From NCBI RefSeq assembly GCF_050320075.1, contig NZ_CP190022.1: a DNA stretch of 64,000 nt. One strand, given 5' to 3'. Positions 17,089 through 27,071 of this stretch are shown piece by piece. The DNA comes from Escherichia coli (GTDB lineage Bacteria > Pseudomonadota > Gammaproteobacteria > Enterobacterales > Enterobacteriaceae). The translations under genes and the position numbers were made by a program. How positions within the stretch are numbered: the stretch's first letter is position 1; every line of letters starts with the position of its first letter. Under the pieces are notes generated by a model. The model saw only the letters and a list, made by a program, of their open reading frames with translations, searched no databases and was not told where the DNA came from.

Positions 17089-17940
17089 GTGATGAATCAG
17101 ACTTTACCCACTGCTGACCTGAATACTGCCGGCACGACAGATGTTATTCCGTCTGTGGCTATCGACCGCATCATCGCGCAGCGTAACGAAGGTATTGCAC
17201 TGTTCATGCAGGCGATGGAATGCCTGGCGACAGCGCGCAGGATTCTGCTCGATGCTTCCGGTGACATTTTTCTCTACGGGTTTGAAGACTGCGTGACTGA
17301 TTCCGTTCGTCGCATGGATAAACCGGAAGAAGCGAAAAGGAATATCACCCGTCTTGCCGACCGGAAAATCTGGGACCGCCTGATGACAGATACGGGCATG
17401 TACACCTTCATGAGTTCATGCCAGCGTGATGAGTGGAACAGCCAGCTGATGAGCGACACCTGTCCTGAAATCATCCTGGACAATGTACTGGCAACATTCC
17501 GCCATCTGAATGCCAGCAAAATGCAGACATTTGAACAGGGACTGATTGATGTCTACCGGAAATTGTCATGGGATTACAGAACCAATAATCCCTGCCGTCT
17601 GGGCAAGAGAATCATTATTGAAAACCTGCTGTACCGCTGGAGTAACGGGCGTGTGACGCTGGACTGCAGCGGGCGGGAGGCACTGGATGACCTGGTACGT
17701 CCGTTTTATCTGCTGGATGGGCGCAACATTCCTGACTTCCGGAGCAGCATCGGGGCGCAGTATGGTGAATTTCTCGGGAACGGCGACAATGTCGGTAAGC
17801 TGTTAGAAGGGGAATATTTTACGGTGCGTGGCTACCAGAAAGGGACCGTACACATTGTCTTTAAGCGTTCTGACCTTGTTGAAAAACTGAATGATATTAT
17901 TGCACGGCATTATCCTGGTGCATTGCCGCCACGAGTCTGA
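17089..17940 (+). CDS. Hypothetical leading-region protein (283 aa)
   Basis: GAGGAG RBS; followed by a clean terminator; no family recognised. Confidence 0.6.
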   Translation: MMNQTLPTADLNTAGTTDVIPSVAIDRIIAQRNEGIALFMQAMECLATARRILLDASGDIFLYGFEDCVTDSVRRMDKPEEAKRNITRLADRKIWDRLMTDTGMYTFMSSCQRDEWNSQLMSDTCPEIILDNVLATFRHLNASKMQTFEQGLIDVYRKLSWDYRTNNPCRLGKRIIIENLLYRWSNGRVTLDCSGREALDDLVRPFYLLDGRNIPDFRSSIGAQYGEFLGNGDNVGKLLEGEYFTVRGYQKGTVHIVFKRSDLVEKLNDIIARHYPGALPPRV

Positions 17941-17948
17941 TTAAAAAG

Positions 17949-17984
17949 AAAAGCCCTGGTATTTATGCCGGGGCTTTTTTTTCT
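17949..17984 (+). terminator. Rho-independent terminator after the 17089 ORF
   Basis: AAAAGCCCTGG...CCGGGGCTTTTTTTT hairpin with T-run. Confidence 0.6.
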
Positions 17985-18025
17985 GTAATCATCATAATCT
18001 CAGAACATGATGTGACATTGTCACA

Positions 18026-18361
18026 TCAATTGTTGTTCATATCGATGCCATCTTTTCTGCCTGAATCTGTCTTTTTAGGTGCTGTTTTAGAGGAAGAACG
18101 GCGGGATGGTTTTTTCGATTCTGCTTCCCGAATAATGTCACGAAGTGCCTTCTCTCCTACTTCATACCCTGCATTTTTGAGCGTGTCACGAACATCTGCC
18201 AGTGTATAACCCTTTGTCCTTACCAGGACAATGATGTCATCACGAATGGCATCAAGAAAATCACGCAATGTTTTCCGTTGAGCGGTGAGGTCCGGCAATT
18301 CCGATAAGGCAGATTTTGCCAGCTGGATGTCATCATCTGAGTAAAATTTTTTAGAAGCCAT
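18026..18361 (-). CDS. Hypothetical small protein with basic C-terminal tail (111 aa), divergent from oriT
   Basis: ATG at 18361 with GGAGAG about 10 nt upstream (track ORF starts at GTG 18367); C-terminus KKPSRRSSSKTAPKKTDSGRK suggests nucleic-acid binding. Confidence 0.5.
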   Translation of the reverse strand: MASKKFYSDDDIQLAKSALSELPDLTAQRKTLRDFLDAIRDDIIVLVRTKGYTLADVRDTLKNAGYEVGEKALRDIIREAESKKPSRRSSSKTAPKKTDSGRKDGIDMNNN

Positions 18362-18399
18362 TAGCACTTTCTCTCCGTTTCATGTTGAAGTCTGATTTT

Positions 18400-18590
18400 A
18401 TCATCAAAAACTGACTCCTGGCAGGGCTGCGCCCTGCCTCTGCCGTCTGCATAAGACTATGATGCACAAAAATAACAGGCTATAATGGCCTGAAAAACGG
18501 GACAGGATGTGGGAATGTCGGACCGCGCACGCGCACTCAGACATTCCCCACCTGGTCAGGGCTTTGCCCCGACACCCCGGTAAGGAGCAG
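18400..18590 (-). other. Origin of transfer (oriT), IncI/IncP-like, with predicted nick core on the minus strand
   Basis: Immediately upstream of nikA; minus-strand reads ...GGGGAATGTCTGAGTGCGCGTGCGCGGTCCGACATTCCCACATCCTG/TCCCG with the ATCCTG nick-core motif (plus 18503-18508) and a 12-bp-arm inverted repeat (18511-18522 / 18537-18548). Confidence 0.75.
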
Positions 18591-18593
18591 ACC

Positions 18594-18926
18594 ATGAGTG
18601 AGAAGAAAACCCGAACGGGCAGTGAGAACAGGAAGAGAATTGTAAAATTCACGGCGAGATTCACGGAGGATGAGGCTGAAATCGTAAGAGAAAAAGCGGA
18701 GTCAAGTGGACAGACGGTTTCAACATTTATACGAAGCTCTTCACTGGATAAGGTGGTTAACTGCCGTACTGACGACCGTATGATTGATGAGATTATGCGT
18801 CTTGGCCGCCTTCAGAAGCATCTGTTTGTGGAGGGAAAACGCACTGGTGATAAGGAGTATGCAGAGGTTCTTGTTGCCATTACTGAATATGTCAATGCTC
18901 TGCGAAGAGACTTAATGGGACGCTGA
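18594..18926 (+). CDS. nikA: Relaxosome accessory protein NikA (ribbon-helix-helix, oriT-binding)
   Basis: AAGGAG RBS; product (MSEKKTRTGSENRKRIVKFTARFTEDEAEIVREKAESSGQTVSTFIRSS...RLGRLQKHLFVEGKRTGDKEYAEVLVAITEY) matches NikA. Confidence 0.85.
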   Translation: MSEKKTRTGSENRKRIVKFTARFTEDEAEIVREKAESSGQTVSTFIRSSSLDKVVNCRTDDRMIDEIMRLGRLQKHLFVEGKRTGDKEYAEVLVAITEYVNALRRDLMGR

Positions 18927-18937
18927 GATAACTGCTG

Positions 18938-21658
18938 ATGAATGCCATTATTCCGCACAAAAGACGTGACGGCAGGTCTTCCTTTGAAGACCTGATTGCG
19001 TACACGTCTGTGCGGGATGATGTGCAGGAAAATGAGCTCACAGAAGACAGCGAAATCAAGAGTGATGTCCCTCACCGCAACCGTTTCAGACGGCTTGTTG
19101 ATTATGCAACACGCCTGCGTAACGAAAAATTTGTCTCCCTGATTGATGTGATGAAAGACGGCAGTCAGTGGGTAAATTTCTATGGCGTAACCTGTTTCCA
19201 TAACTGCAATTCACTGGAAACAGCTGCTGAAGAGATGCAGTACAAGGCGGACAAAGCTGTTTTTTCCCGTAATGATACAGACCCCGTTTTCCACTACATT
19301 CTTTCCTGGCCTGCGCATGAAAGCCCGCGTCCTGAGCAGCTTTTTGACTGTGTGCGTCACACACTGAAATCTCTTGAACTCTCAAAACATCAGTACGTGG
19401 CTGCCGTTCATACGGACACGGATAATCTGCATGTGCATGTTGCCGTGAATCGTGTACATCCTGAAACTGGTTATATTAACTGGCTTTCCTGGAGCCAGGA
19501 AAAACTCAGTCGTGCATGCCGTGAACTTGAACTTAAGCACGGATTTGCGCCGGATAATGGCTGCTTTGTGCATGCACCCGGCAACCGTATTGTGCGCAAA
19601 ACAGCGCTGGTACGTGAGCGCCGTAATGCCTGGCGACGCGGGAAAAAGCAGACGTTCAGGGAATATATTGCGCAGATGTCGATTGCCGGGCTGCGTGAAG
19701 AGCCCGCACAGGACTGGTTATCTTTGCATAAACGGCTGGCCAGTGATGGTCTGTATATCACGATGCAGGAAGGGGAACTGGTGGTGAAGGATGGCTGGGA
19801 CAGAGCGCGGGAAGGTGTTGCACTCAGTTCGTTCGGACCGTCATGGACAGCTGAAAAACTGGGGCGGAAACTGGGGGAATATCAGCCTGTACCGACAGAT
19901 ATTTTCAGTCAGGTGGGGACACCCGGTCGTTATGATCCGGAAGCCATAAACGTGGATATCCGGCCGGAAAAAGTGGCAGAAACGGAGAGTCTGAAACAGT
20001 ACGCCTGTCGTCACTTTGCTGAACGCTTACCGGAAATGGCGCGAAATGGTGAACTGAAAAGTTGCCTGGCTGTACACCGTACTCTGGCAGAGGCGGGATT
20101 ATGGATGGGGATTCAGCACGGGCATCTGGTACTGCATGATGGATTTGATAAACAACAGACACCAGTACGTGCAGACAGTGTGTGGCCGTTAATGACGCTG
20201 GATTATATGCAGGATCTGGATGGTGGATGGCACTCTGTACCGAAGGATATTTTTACTCAGGTTATACCCGAAGAACGATTCCGGGGACACAGTATTGGCA
20301 CTCAGGCTGTCAGCGATTACGAATGGTATCGCATGAGGATGGGCACTGGTCCACAGGGTGCCATAAAGCGTGAACTGTTTTCCGATAAGGAAAGTCTGTG
20401 GGGATACGCTCTTATTCAGTGCAGGAGCCAGATTGAAGAGATGATAGCTGGCGGGGATTTCAGCTGGCAGGCATGTCATGAGATGTTTGCGCGTAAAGGG
20501 CTTATGCTGCAGAAACAGCATCATGGTCTCGTGATTGTGGATGCGTTTAATCATGAACTGACACCGGTGAAGGCCAGCAGTATCCACCCGGATTTGACGT
20601 TATCCCGGGCCGAGCCTCAGGCCGGGCCATTTGAAATTGCGGCTGCAGATATTTTCGAACGGGTGAAGCCTGAATGTCGCTACAATCCGGAACTTGCTGC
20701 CAGTGATGAAGTGGAGCCCGGCTTCCGGCGCGATCCTGAGCTGCGTCGTGAGCGCCGTGAAGCCCGTGCAGCTGCGCGGGAAGATTTGCGTGCGCGTTAT
20801 CTTGCATGGAAGGAACACTGGCGTAAACCCGATTTACGTTACGGCGAACGGTTGCGGGAAATTCATGCTGCCTGCCGTCGTCGCAAGGCTCATATCCGCG
20901 TGCAGTTCCGGGATCCACAATTGCGTAAACTGCATTACCATATTGCAGAAGTGCAACGTATGCAGGCGCTGATCAGACTGAAGGAAAATGTCAGGGAAGA
21001 GCGACTGGCGCTGATGGCGGAGGGTAAGTGGTATCCGTTGTCCTACCGGCAGTGGGTGGAACAACAGGCGGCGCAAGGCGACAGAGCTGCAGTGTCACAG
21101 CTCCGAGGCTGGGATTATCGCGATCGTCGCTCGCGTAATAAGGATAAAAGACGCACAACTAATGCTGATCGTTGTGTCGTTCTCTGCGAACCCGGAGGAA
21201 CGCCACTTTTTAATAATGTTGCAAAACTTGAAGCTCGTCTTCAGAAAAATGGAAGTGTTCATTTCAGGGATACGCGGACAGGAAAAAATGTCTGTACGGA
21301 TTACGGAGATCGGGTTGTGTTCTACCATCACACGGACCGAAATGAACTGGCAGAGAAGCTTGATTTAATTGCGCCAGTTCTGTTCAGCCGCAACGGAAAG
21401 CTTGGTTTTGAGCCGGAAGGTTCATACCAGCAGTTTAATGATGTGTTTGCAGAAATGGTGGCCTGGCACAATGCAGCGGGAATAACCGGAAACGGACACT
21501 TCACCATTACTCGTCCGGACGTGGATTTGCACCGTCAACGCAGTGAGCAGTATTACCGGGAATATATCAGACAGCAGACCCGTTTATCGGAGAGCCATGA
21601 TGATAATTATACGTTACGGCAGGAGAAAACATGGGAGCCACCATCACCTGGAATGTAA
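18938..21658 (+). CDS. nikB: Relaxase NikB (MOBP family)
   Basis: 906-aa product with the MOBP metal-binding motif HTDTDNLHVHVAVNRVH near the N-terminus; directly downstream of nikA. Confidence 0.9.
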   Translation: MNAIIPHKRRDGRSSFEDLIAYTSVRDDVQENELTEDSEIKSDVPHRNRFRRLVDYATRLRNEKFVSLIDVMKDGSQWVNFYGVTCFHNCNSLETAAEEMQYKADKAVFSRNDTDPVFHYILSWPAHESPRPEQLFDCVRHTLKSLELSKHQYVAAVHTDTDNLHVHVAVNRVHPETGYINWLSWSQEKLSRACRELELKHGFAPDNGCFVHAPGNRIVRKTALVRERRNAWRRGKKQTFREYIAQMSIAGLREEPAQDWLSLHKRLASDGLYITMQEGELVVKDGWDRAREGVALSSFGPSWTAEKLGRKLGEYQPVPTDIFSQVGTPGRYDPEAINVDIRPEKVAETESLKQYACRHFAERLPEMARNGELKSCLAVHRTLAEAGLWMGIQHGHLVLHDGFDKQQTPVRADSVWPLMTLDYMQDLDGGWHSVPKDIFTQVIPEERFRGHSIGTQAVSDYEWYRMRMGTGPQGAIKRELFSDKESLWGYALIQCRSQIEEMIAGGDFSWQACHEMFARKGLMLQKQHHGLVIVDAFNHELTPVKASSIHPDLTLSRAEPQAGPFEIAAADIFERVKPECRYNPELAASDEVEPGFRRDPELRRERREARAAAREDLRARYLAWKEHWRKPDLRYGERLREIHAACRRRKAHIRVQFRDPQLRKLHYHIAEVQRMQALIRLKENVREERLALMAEGKWYPLSYRQWVEQQAAQGDRAAVSQLRGWDYRDRRSRNKDKRRTTNADRCVVLCEPGGTPLFNNVAKLEARLQKNGSVHFRDTRTGKNVCTDYGDRVVFYHHTDRNELAEKLDLIAPVLFSRNGKLGFEPEGSYQQFNDVFAEMVAWHNAAGITGNGHFTITRPDVDLHRQRSEQYYREYIRQQTRLSESHDDNYTLRQEKTWEPPSPGM

Positions 21659-21877
21659 GCCCGGATAAGTGATGGTGCAAAGATTCAGCCCAAAAACGGC
21701 AGGAACCTTCGTCAATAAGGGCGGGAGTAGTCACTGAATTGAGTTTATACCCGGTTAACTCTGAATTAAGGGCCGTGTCTGCGGCCCTTATCCAGTGCGC
21801 CGTAAACCCCGGACTTAGTGAACAGGGTTTTACAGTCTGATTGACAGATATGGTCACCAGAAAATATTTGTATTCCT

Positions 21878-24178
21878 TCAGTATTTTTCGTCAGTTGTTG
21901 GTTGTGCTCCACATGATTTCTGGGGATGATCATTATTTATTGTCTGCGATTTATTATTTTCAGCGACCGGTAACAGTATCTCCAGGGGGAGCAGGGTATT
22001 CAGAATCGCCTTCACTGAAGGTATATCTTCAGGACCGGAGTGTTCCTCTTCCGGACGATTCAGTGTGATATAACATACCCGGCGTTCTTCCCTGGTTGTG
22101 TTATTGATAGTGTGCACAGCCTTTTTCCACAGTTCGTTTGCCCGGGATTCGATATCTGTATCATATTGCGGAAGCAGATCCAGTGATGTCTGCGCTGTTG
22201 CCAACCGGCGCTGGAATGTATCAATGATACGGTAAGGCTCTGTACGGTTTTTACGACGTTTACGGGATGGTTTTGCTGTCAGTACACCAATAATGCTGCT
22301 GACATGCTCCGGTGTGGGAAAACGGCGCTGCACTGTCCTGGGGACAAGACGGCGGAGACGTTCCAGTCGGGGGGCTTCAACAGAGATATAACGGTTGATG
22401 ACCACTGGATCACTGTCGCAACTTTTTTCGCTGTCCGGAATATACACAGAGGCTGACGGCACCACATCCCCCTGGAAAACGGTAAAGAATTCACCGGCAT
22501 TCAGTTTGATTAAATCCTGCACGTTGATTTTGCTTTCCATCTGGATTGTGATCTGGTTACCGTCCACCCAGGACTCTCCCATCACACCATCGTGGCGCTG
22601 CAGGCTGCCCATTCTGGCGCGGGCCTCTTCACCGGCGGCATTTTTCACCGTCCTTGCTGTTTTGTCGTCACTGACAATGCGTCCGGCGAATTTGGTGCCG
22701 GCGTTCTGCATCAGCGTGGCGGTGTTGGTGGCAGAAGTCTGCCCTTCGATTCGCTCCTGATCCTGCGCCGTCATTATCAGGGAGAACTCCAGTGAACGTA
22801 CCTGGGTGGCCTCCACTGCAATGCGGTCCGTGTAGTAGGCACCGACTTCGTCAAGGATACAGATATAGGGGAAGCGGCCTTTGTATTTTTTGACTTCCAG
22901 GGTCTGTGCATCTGTGCCTTCCAGGCGGTAGCCCAGGTCACGGGCGAGGATCATGCTCTGCTGGGTGATGAACATACGACCGAGTGCCGACGTGGTATGG
23001 GCTGATGTGTCCAGTGCGGGGATCATCACAATCAGAATTCGGTCGCTGTGGATACTGTCGCGAATATCGATGTCGCCGGCATCTGCCGCAAAGACGTCCC
23101 CGAAGGTTTCGGCAAAGGTTGTGAACGTTTCCGAGAACTGACCGGAGAGATAAGCATGCTGTTTACGGGGCTCCTCAGTCCAGGCTGACGGCGTTCTCAC
23201 CAGTGACATATCGAATCCCGGGACATCCTGCAGGTAGTTTCGCAGTGGTGCGATAGCTTCTTCCGGCCACTGGTCATCAAGGCCACGGCAATAGAGTTTT
23301 GCCATCCCTTCCAGCGTCATATGTTCCCGTAACATATGCAGGGACATGGTTTTACCTTCCCGGACGCACCAGAATTTTGTGCCAAAGACCAGGGCCTTGT
23401 TCATGGCTATCGCCCGTGACTGCCATTCTCCCCCCTGAACGTTCTGGGGCAGCATGGACTGCATGGTTTCGGCGGTGAAGGCTTCGGTGCTGAATGCGAA
23501 CGGGTTCCAGGTGTTTGACTGTGGGCGGGATTTATCGCCACTCTGAATGACTTCACTGCGGGATTTTCCGCCGTTCATGAAGTTGATGACCTCGATATCA
23601 TCCTCCCGGCCAAAACGTCGGGAGAGATACCAGATTGTCCTCGTGGTATCGTTCTGTGCCTTTCCGTCAACAAAGGTAAAGCCTCTTCCCCAGCAGAGCG
23701 GGTTGAGCAGCCAGGCAAAGGTGGTTTCTGTTTTACCGCCACCGGTGGTGGAAAAAAATATGATATGCCGGGTGAGGTCATCCATGCTCAGCCAGAGCTC
23801 ACGACCGATATCGTTGATACGGCGGTAACCGACATAAAAAATCCCCCGTGCGGGGGATGTTTCATCTGCTTCATACTGAAACAGGGTAGGCCAGAAGCTG
23901 AAGAGGCTTCGCCTGACCTTTCTGTCCTGGGAGGGGTCATCAAGGCTGAGCGTCATGGGCATACGCAGGGGGCATCGCCAGCGTTGCAGCGTGAATATCA
24001 CGGAGGTGACCAGGGTGAACAGCAGACAGACAGGAAGGGCCAGTGGCCATATCAGGGCCGTAATGATACTGCCAGCCAGACACAGACCAATGATGTTCAG
24101 GTTGTGCAGTGCATTCCACAGCGGGTTTCCCCAGGCCGTGCGGTGTATGAGGTCAGGATTAACGTGATGCTGGCTCAT
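21878..24178 (-). CDS. trbC: Type IV coupling protein (DotL/IcmO-like; TrbC of IncI-type systems)
   Basis: 766-aa product with N-terminal transmembrane segments and Walker A FFSTTGGGKTE; convergent with nikB; last gene of a three-gene minus-strand operon. Confidence 0.7.
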   Translation of the reverse strand: MSQHHVNPDLIHRTAWGNPLWNALHNLNIIGLCLAGSIITALIWPLALPVCLLFTLVTSVIFTLQRWRCPLRMPMTLSLDDPSQDRKVRRSLFSFWPTLFQYEADETSPARGIFYVGYRRINDIGRELWLSMDDLTRHIIFFSTTGGGKTETTFAWLLNPLCWGRGFTFVDGKAQNDTTRTIWYLSRRFGREDDIEVINFMNGGKSRSEVIQSGDKSRPQSNTWNPFAFSTEAFTAETMQSMLPQNVQGGEWQSRAIAMNKALVFGTKFWCVREGKTMSLHMLREHMTLEGMAKLYCRGLDDQWPEEAIAPLRNYLQDVPGFDMSLVRTPSAWTEEPRKQHAYLSGQFSETFTTFAETFGDVFAADAGDIDIRDSIHSDRILIVMIPALDTSAHTTSALGRMFITQQSMILARDLGYRLEGTDAQTLEVKKYKGRFPYICILDEVGAYYTDRIAVEATQVRSLEFSLIMTAQDQERIEGQTSATNTATLMQNAGTKFAGRIVSDDKTARTVKNAAGEEARARMGSLQRHDGVMGESWVDGNQITIQMESKINVQDLIKLNAGEFFTVFQGDVVPSASVYIPDSEKSCDSDPVVINRYISVEAPRLERLRRLVPRTVQRRFPTPEHVSSIIGVLTAKPSRKRRKNRTEPYRIIDTFQRRLATAQTSLDLLPQYDTDIESRANELWKKAVHTINNTTREERRVCYITLNRPEEEHSGPEDIPSVKAILNTLLPLEILLPVAENNKSQTINNDHPQKSCGAQPTTDEKY

Positions 24179-25283
24179 TGTGATTATCCTCGGTATCTGT
24201 GGCTTTCAGGAACAGGCTGACGGTAGTGGCGTCTTTCAGGATGCCGGACGGCAGGTGCCAGCCGGTATCGGATAACACCCATGGGGTACCGCCAAAACCG
24301 AACTGGCGGAAAGCCTGGTTATTGACATCGATGGCAGCACGAGCAGCGGTCAGACACTTTTCATCCGGTGCAGCCGGTGCATCGACGGTGGGTGCCATAC
24401 CACCGTCTGCGGAATACAGCTGATGCCATCCGGTCGCCCGTTTTTGTGCGTCCGGTTCACACAGCAGTGGCGCAGTCCGGTTTGTGCTGGCCTCTCCGCC
24501 GATTACGGAGACCGGATAAATCACCACGCTGAATTCCCGGGCCAGTTGCTTAAGCGCGGGCTCCAGAAGACGGCAGTTGATGCATGCGGGGTCAAGGAAG
24601 GCGTAGAGTGTGCGTTCATGACCAGTGGAGAGATTAATGGTGAACATACCCCGGTCCGCGTTGCGTTTAAGTACTGTGGACAGATTACGGCGGGCCTCAG
24701 CGGCCTGAACGTGTTGTTCTTCCGTCACTGCCGTCGGGGCGGGGGCAGAAGAAGGTTCCTGCTGTGTGGGAGCCGGGCGGGCCGGGATGCTGTTAACATG
24801 ATGTTCCGTATGTGGGCGTGGTGTCTCTGTGTCGGTTACTGGTTCAGCTCTCCATTCCTGAGATGTAGGGTAAGCCAGCGTGGAAGGGGGCTCTGCCTTC
24901 ATCCAGTGGTAACCTGCAACTGTCGCCGGCAGAGCAATTCCGGCGATAAAGCCACACATCAGTGTCCGCCAGAAGCCATATTTCCGGGAGGGATGTTTTC
25001 CTTTTCCGGCATATTCGGCATCCAGGCAGGCATCAATCGCTGAGAGCATTCTGCCGATGTGATGTCCGGGACGTTCTGCATCAACGGTATCAACAAGCAC
25101 CGTTTCGGTTATTTCGCGAAAAGGGGAACTGAAGGACAGGTGCATCAGCCTGTTATTACGGTTAATCAGTGCGCCCAGTTCTGTTACCGGCAGGATGGCA
25201 ATCACCTCCCGATTACCGTCAGGGTACAGGGCGGTCAGGGACAGGTGTTTATTATTCAGGGTTGCAGTGTAGCGGATGGTCAT
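24159..25283 (-). CDS. trbB: TrbB-like membrane-anchored thioredoxin-fold protein (CxxC motif)
   Basis: Product has a TM segment and a C-terminal thioredoxin-like region with C-I-N-C; sits between trbA and trbC with overlapping stops and starts. Confidence 0.5.
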   Translation of the reverse strand: MTIRYTATLNNKHLSLTALYPDGNREVIAILPVTELGALINRNNRLMHLSFSSPFREITETVLVDTVDAERPGHHIGRMLSAIDACLDAEYAGKGKHPSRKYGFWRTLMCGFIAGIALPATVAGYHWMKAEPPSTLAYPTSQEWRAEPVTDTETPRPHTEHHVNSIPARPAPTQQEPSSAPAPTAVTEEQHVQAAEARRNLSTVLKRNADRGMFTINLSTGHERTLYAFLDPACINCRLLEPALKQLAREFSVVIYPVSVIGGEASTNRTAPLLCEPDAQKRATGWHQLYSADGGMAPTVDAPAAPDEKCLTAARAAIDVNNQAFRQFGFGGTPWVLSDTGWHLPSGILKDATTVSLFLKATDTEDNHNEPASR

Positions 25284-26542
25284 TGTGCTTTTTCCTTGTC
25301 TGCGGGATGCCGGGTTTCGGTGGTTTCACCAGTGTCAGTGTCTTCGTCGTTATCATGGCGGCGGGGTATCACGTCATCCGTGAGTGACCAGCGGGTCCTG
25401 ATCTGACGTTTACGATCGCGATCTGGCTGAGGTTCGTCCCATATCAGGCCCAGCCCCAGCATGTCCCGTCGAAGCCCTTCAATGGCCTCTTCCACACAGG
25501 GTTCCGGGCAGGGGAGGCCGAGACGGCTGGCTTCATTTTCTGCCCGGGCAACGGCCACCACGCCGGCCCCTTCGATGAAGCCTTTTGTGGTGTTTGCCCG
25601 GTGAAGGGCATAGAAGAGCGTCCGGTCAACGCCCTTGAGCCACAGCCAGTTCGGAGGCGTCAGGCGCAAATCATGTGCGTAAAGCCAGACCAGACCGCTG
25701 CGAACGTAACGGTGCTGCCTGAGCCACTTTTGTGCGCCTTCTGTTTTGATGACCCGGATAAAGGCGTTTCTGGCCAGTGAATACACCGGCGTGCTGAAAC
25801 GCCCCTGGTCCCGTTTACTTTTGAGCCTGCAGGAGAGATTGAGGTTGTTCATCAGGGCTACCGCTGCTTTCCGGTCACCGAGGAAGAACTGCAGGCCAAA
25901 GATGGCAAAGAGCGCTTTTTCATGTGGGGCCATGTCTTTCCAGCTGGTCAGTGGTTGCCCCAGTTGCGCCATGAAGCACTGGCGTGTGGACGCAACATCG
26001 AGCTGCATGTTGCGGATAAGGTTGTTCTGCTCCACAAAGGCTTCGGGGGTTAGTGCGACACGGCGCTCGGGACGTTTTTGTCCGTGGAAGAGTCTGTTGT
26101 TGTCTCCATCAGCCAGAACGGGGGCGATCGCCGGTGACAGAGCTGAAAAAATATGGGGCAGTGTGTGGATATTCAGTGGCCTGCGGGTAAAACGGGGCTG
26201 GGCCGGATGGTGAAACCACATCCACAGAAAGCCGAATGTCATGGGAAGCAGAATCAACCAGAGGATCCCCACTGTCCGGGACATAACATCCAGCCACTGG
26301 CTGAAAGTGATGGTTGCCGCGTTGTTAGCAGTGATGGCCAGCAGGTTGTAACGGGGGGCGGCAAAGTTGTGAAAGGGCCCCCAGTCAATCATGCCCCACA
26401 GTGTGTGCAGGATCAGGCAGGAGGCGAAGACGATTTCAGGTAAAAAGCGCCAGATGATAATCGCAAAGAGCAGGCATATGGCACCGACGATATACCATAT
26501 AGCCATTGGATCTTCGGCGGCAGACGTCTGTTGGTAAGACAC
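25280..26542 (-). CDS. trbA: TrbA-like inner-membrane protein (DotM/IcmP-like partner of the coupling protein)
   Basis: 420-aa product with several N-terminal TM helices; first gene of the trbABC-like operon. Confidence 0.5.
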   Translation of the reverse strand: MSYQQTSAAEDPMAIWYIVGAICLLFAIIIWRFLPEIVFASCLILHTLWGMIDWGPFHNFAAPRYNLLAITANNAATITFSQWLDVMSRTVGILWLILLPMTFGFLWMWFHHPAQPRFTRRPLNIHTLPHIFSALSPAIAPVLADGDNNRLFHGQKRPERRVALTPEAFVEQNNLIRNMQLDVASTRQCFMAQLGQPLTSWKDMAPHEKALFAIFGLQFFLGDRKAAVALMNNLNLSCRLKSKRDQGRFSTPVYSLARNAFIRVIKTEGAQKWLRQHRYVRSGLVWLYAHDLRLTPPNWLWLKGVDRTLFYALHRANTTKGFIEGAGVVAVARAENEASRLGLPCPEPCVEEAIEGLRRDMLGLGLIWDEPQPDRDRKRQIRTRWSLTDDVIPRRHDNDEDTDTGETTETRHPADKEKAQ

Positions 26543-26734
26543 GGGGATTCCTCCATAGATGAATGGATAAATTTCGGGATTAAGTCGGGTGGCATGAATG
26601 CGAATCAGCGCCGGTAATAACCGGACAGGAATGAGTTCAACAGGACATTTTCACAGAGAAGAGCGTGGGAGACAGGTACAAAAAAACCGACTGGTGAGGC
26701 CGGTTTTTTTGCGATTCCGGGGTGGAGTTGGTGG

Positions 26735-26766
26735 CTCTGACCGGAGGAAGTCTCTTTTCAACTAAC
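26735..26766 (+). repeat. Direct repeat A (about 32 bp, CTCTG-CCGGAGGAAGTCTCTTTTCA-CTAAC)
   Basis: Repeated with two mismatches at 26969-27000, 234 bp downstream. Confidence 0.8.
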
Positions 26767-26968
26767 GTTACCAGAATAGCGTTATATTCACCTGATCGCA
26801 ATCTGTCAGTTACAATCTATTATTCTGGGAGTAGCGATATCGCCTGAAACAAGTATAATCAGTAAGTTAGCCTTGTCTGGAGACTTACCTTCGCATCAAT
26901 CCATCGGGACTATGGATCTGTGCTATTCAAAGACCTGGCCGGACAAACAGGTGGTGCTGTGTCTGGTG

Positions 26969-27000
26969 CTCTGGCCGGAGGAAGTCTCTTTTCAGCTAAC
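26969..27000 (+). repeat. Direct repeat B (copy of 26735-26766), 70 bp upstream of the small toxin-like ORF
   Basis: See repeat A. Confidence 0.8.
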
Positions 27001-27071
27001 AATGAGAGAGCTGTTGTGACAGGCAATGTAAGAGTAAGCAGCAGTGATTTCCTCCATTGACGGAGAAACGG

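Noticed and set aside
27002-27019. Five-codon mini-ORF (MRELL) between direct repeat B and the small toxin-like ORF
   Set aside because: Too short to call; may be a leader peptide, but it has no RBS and is not needed to explain the locus.
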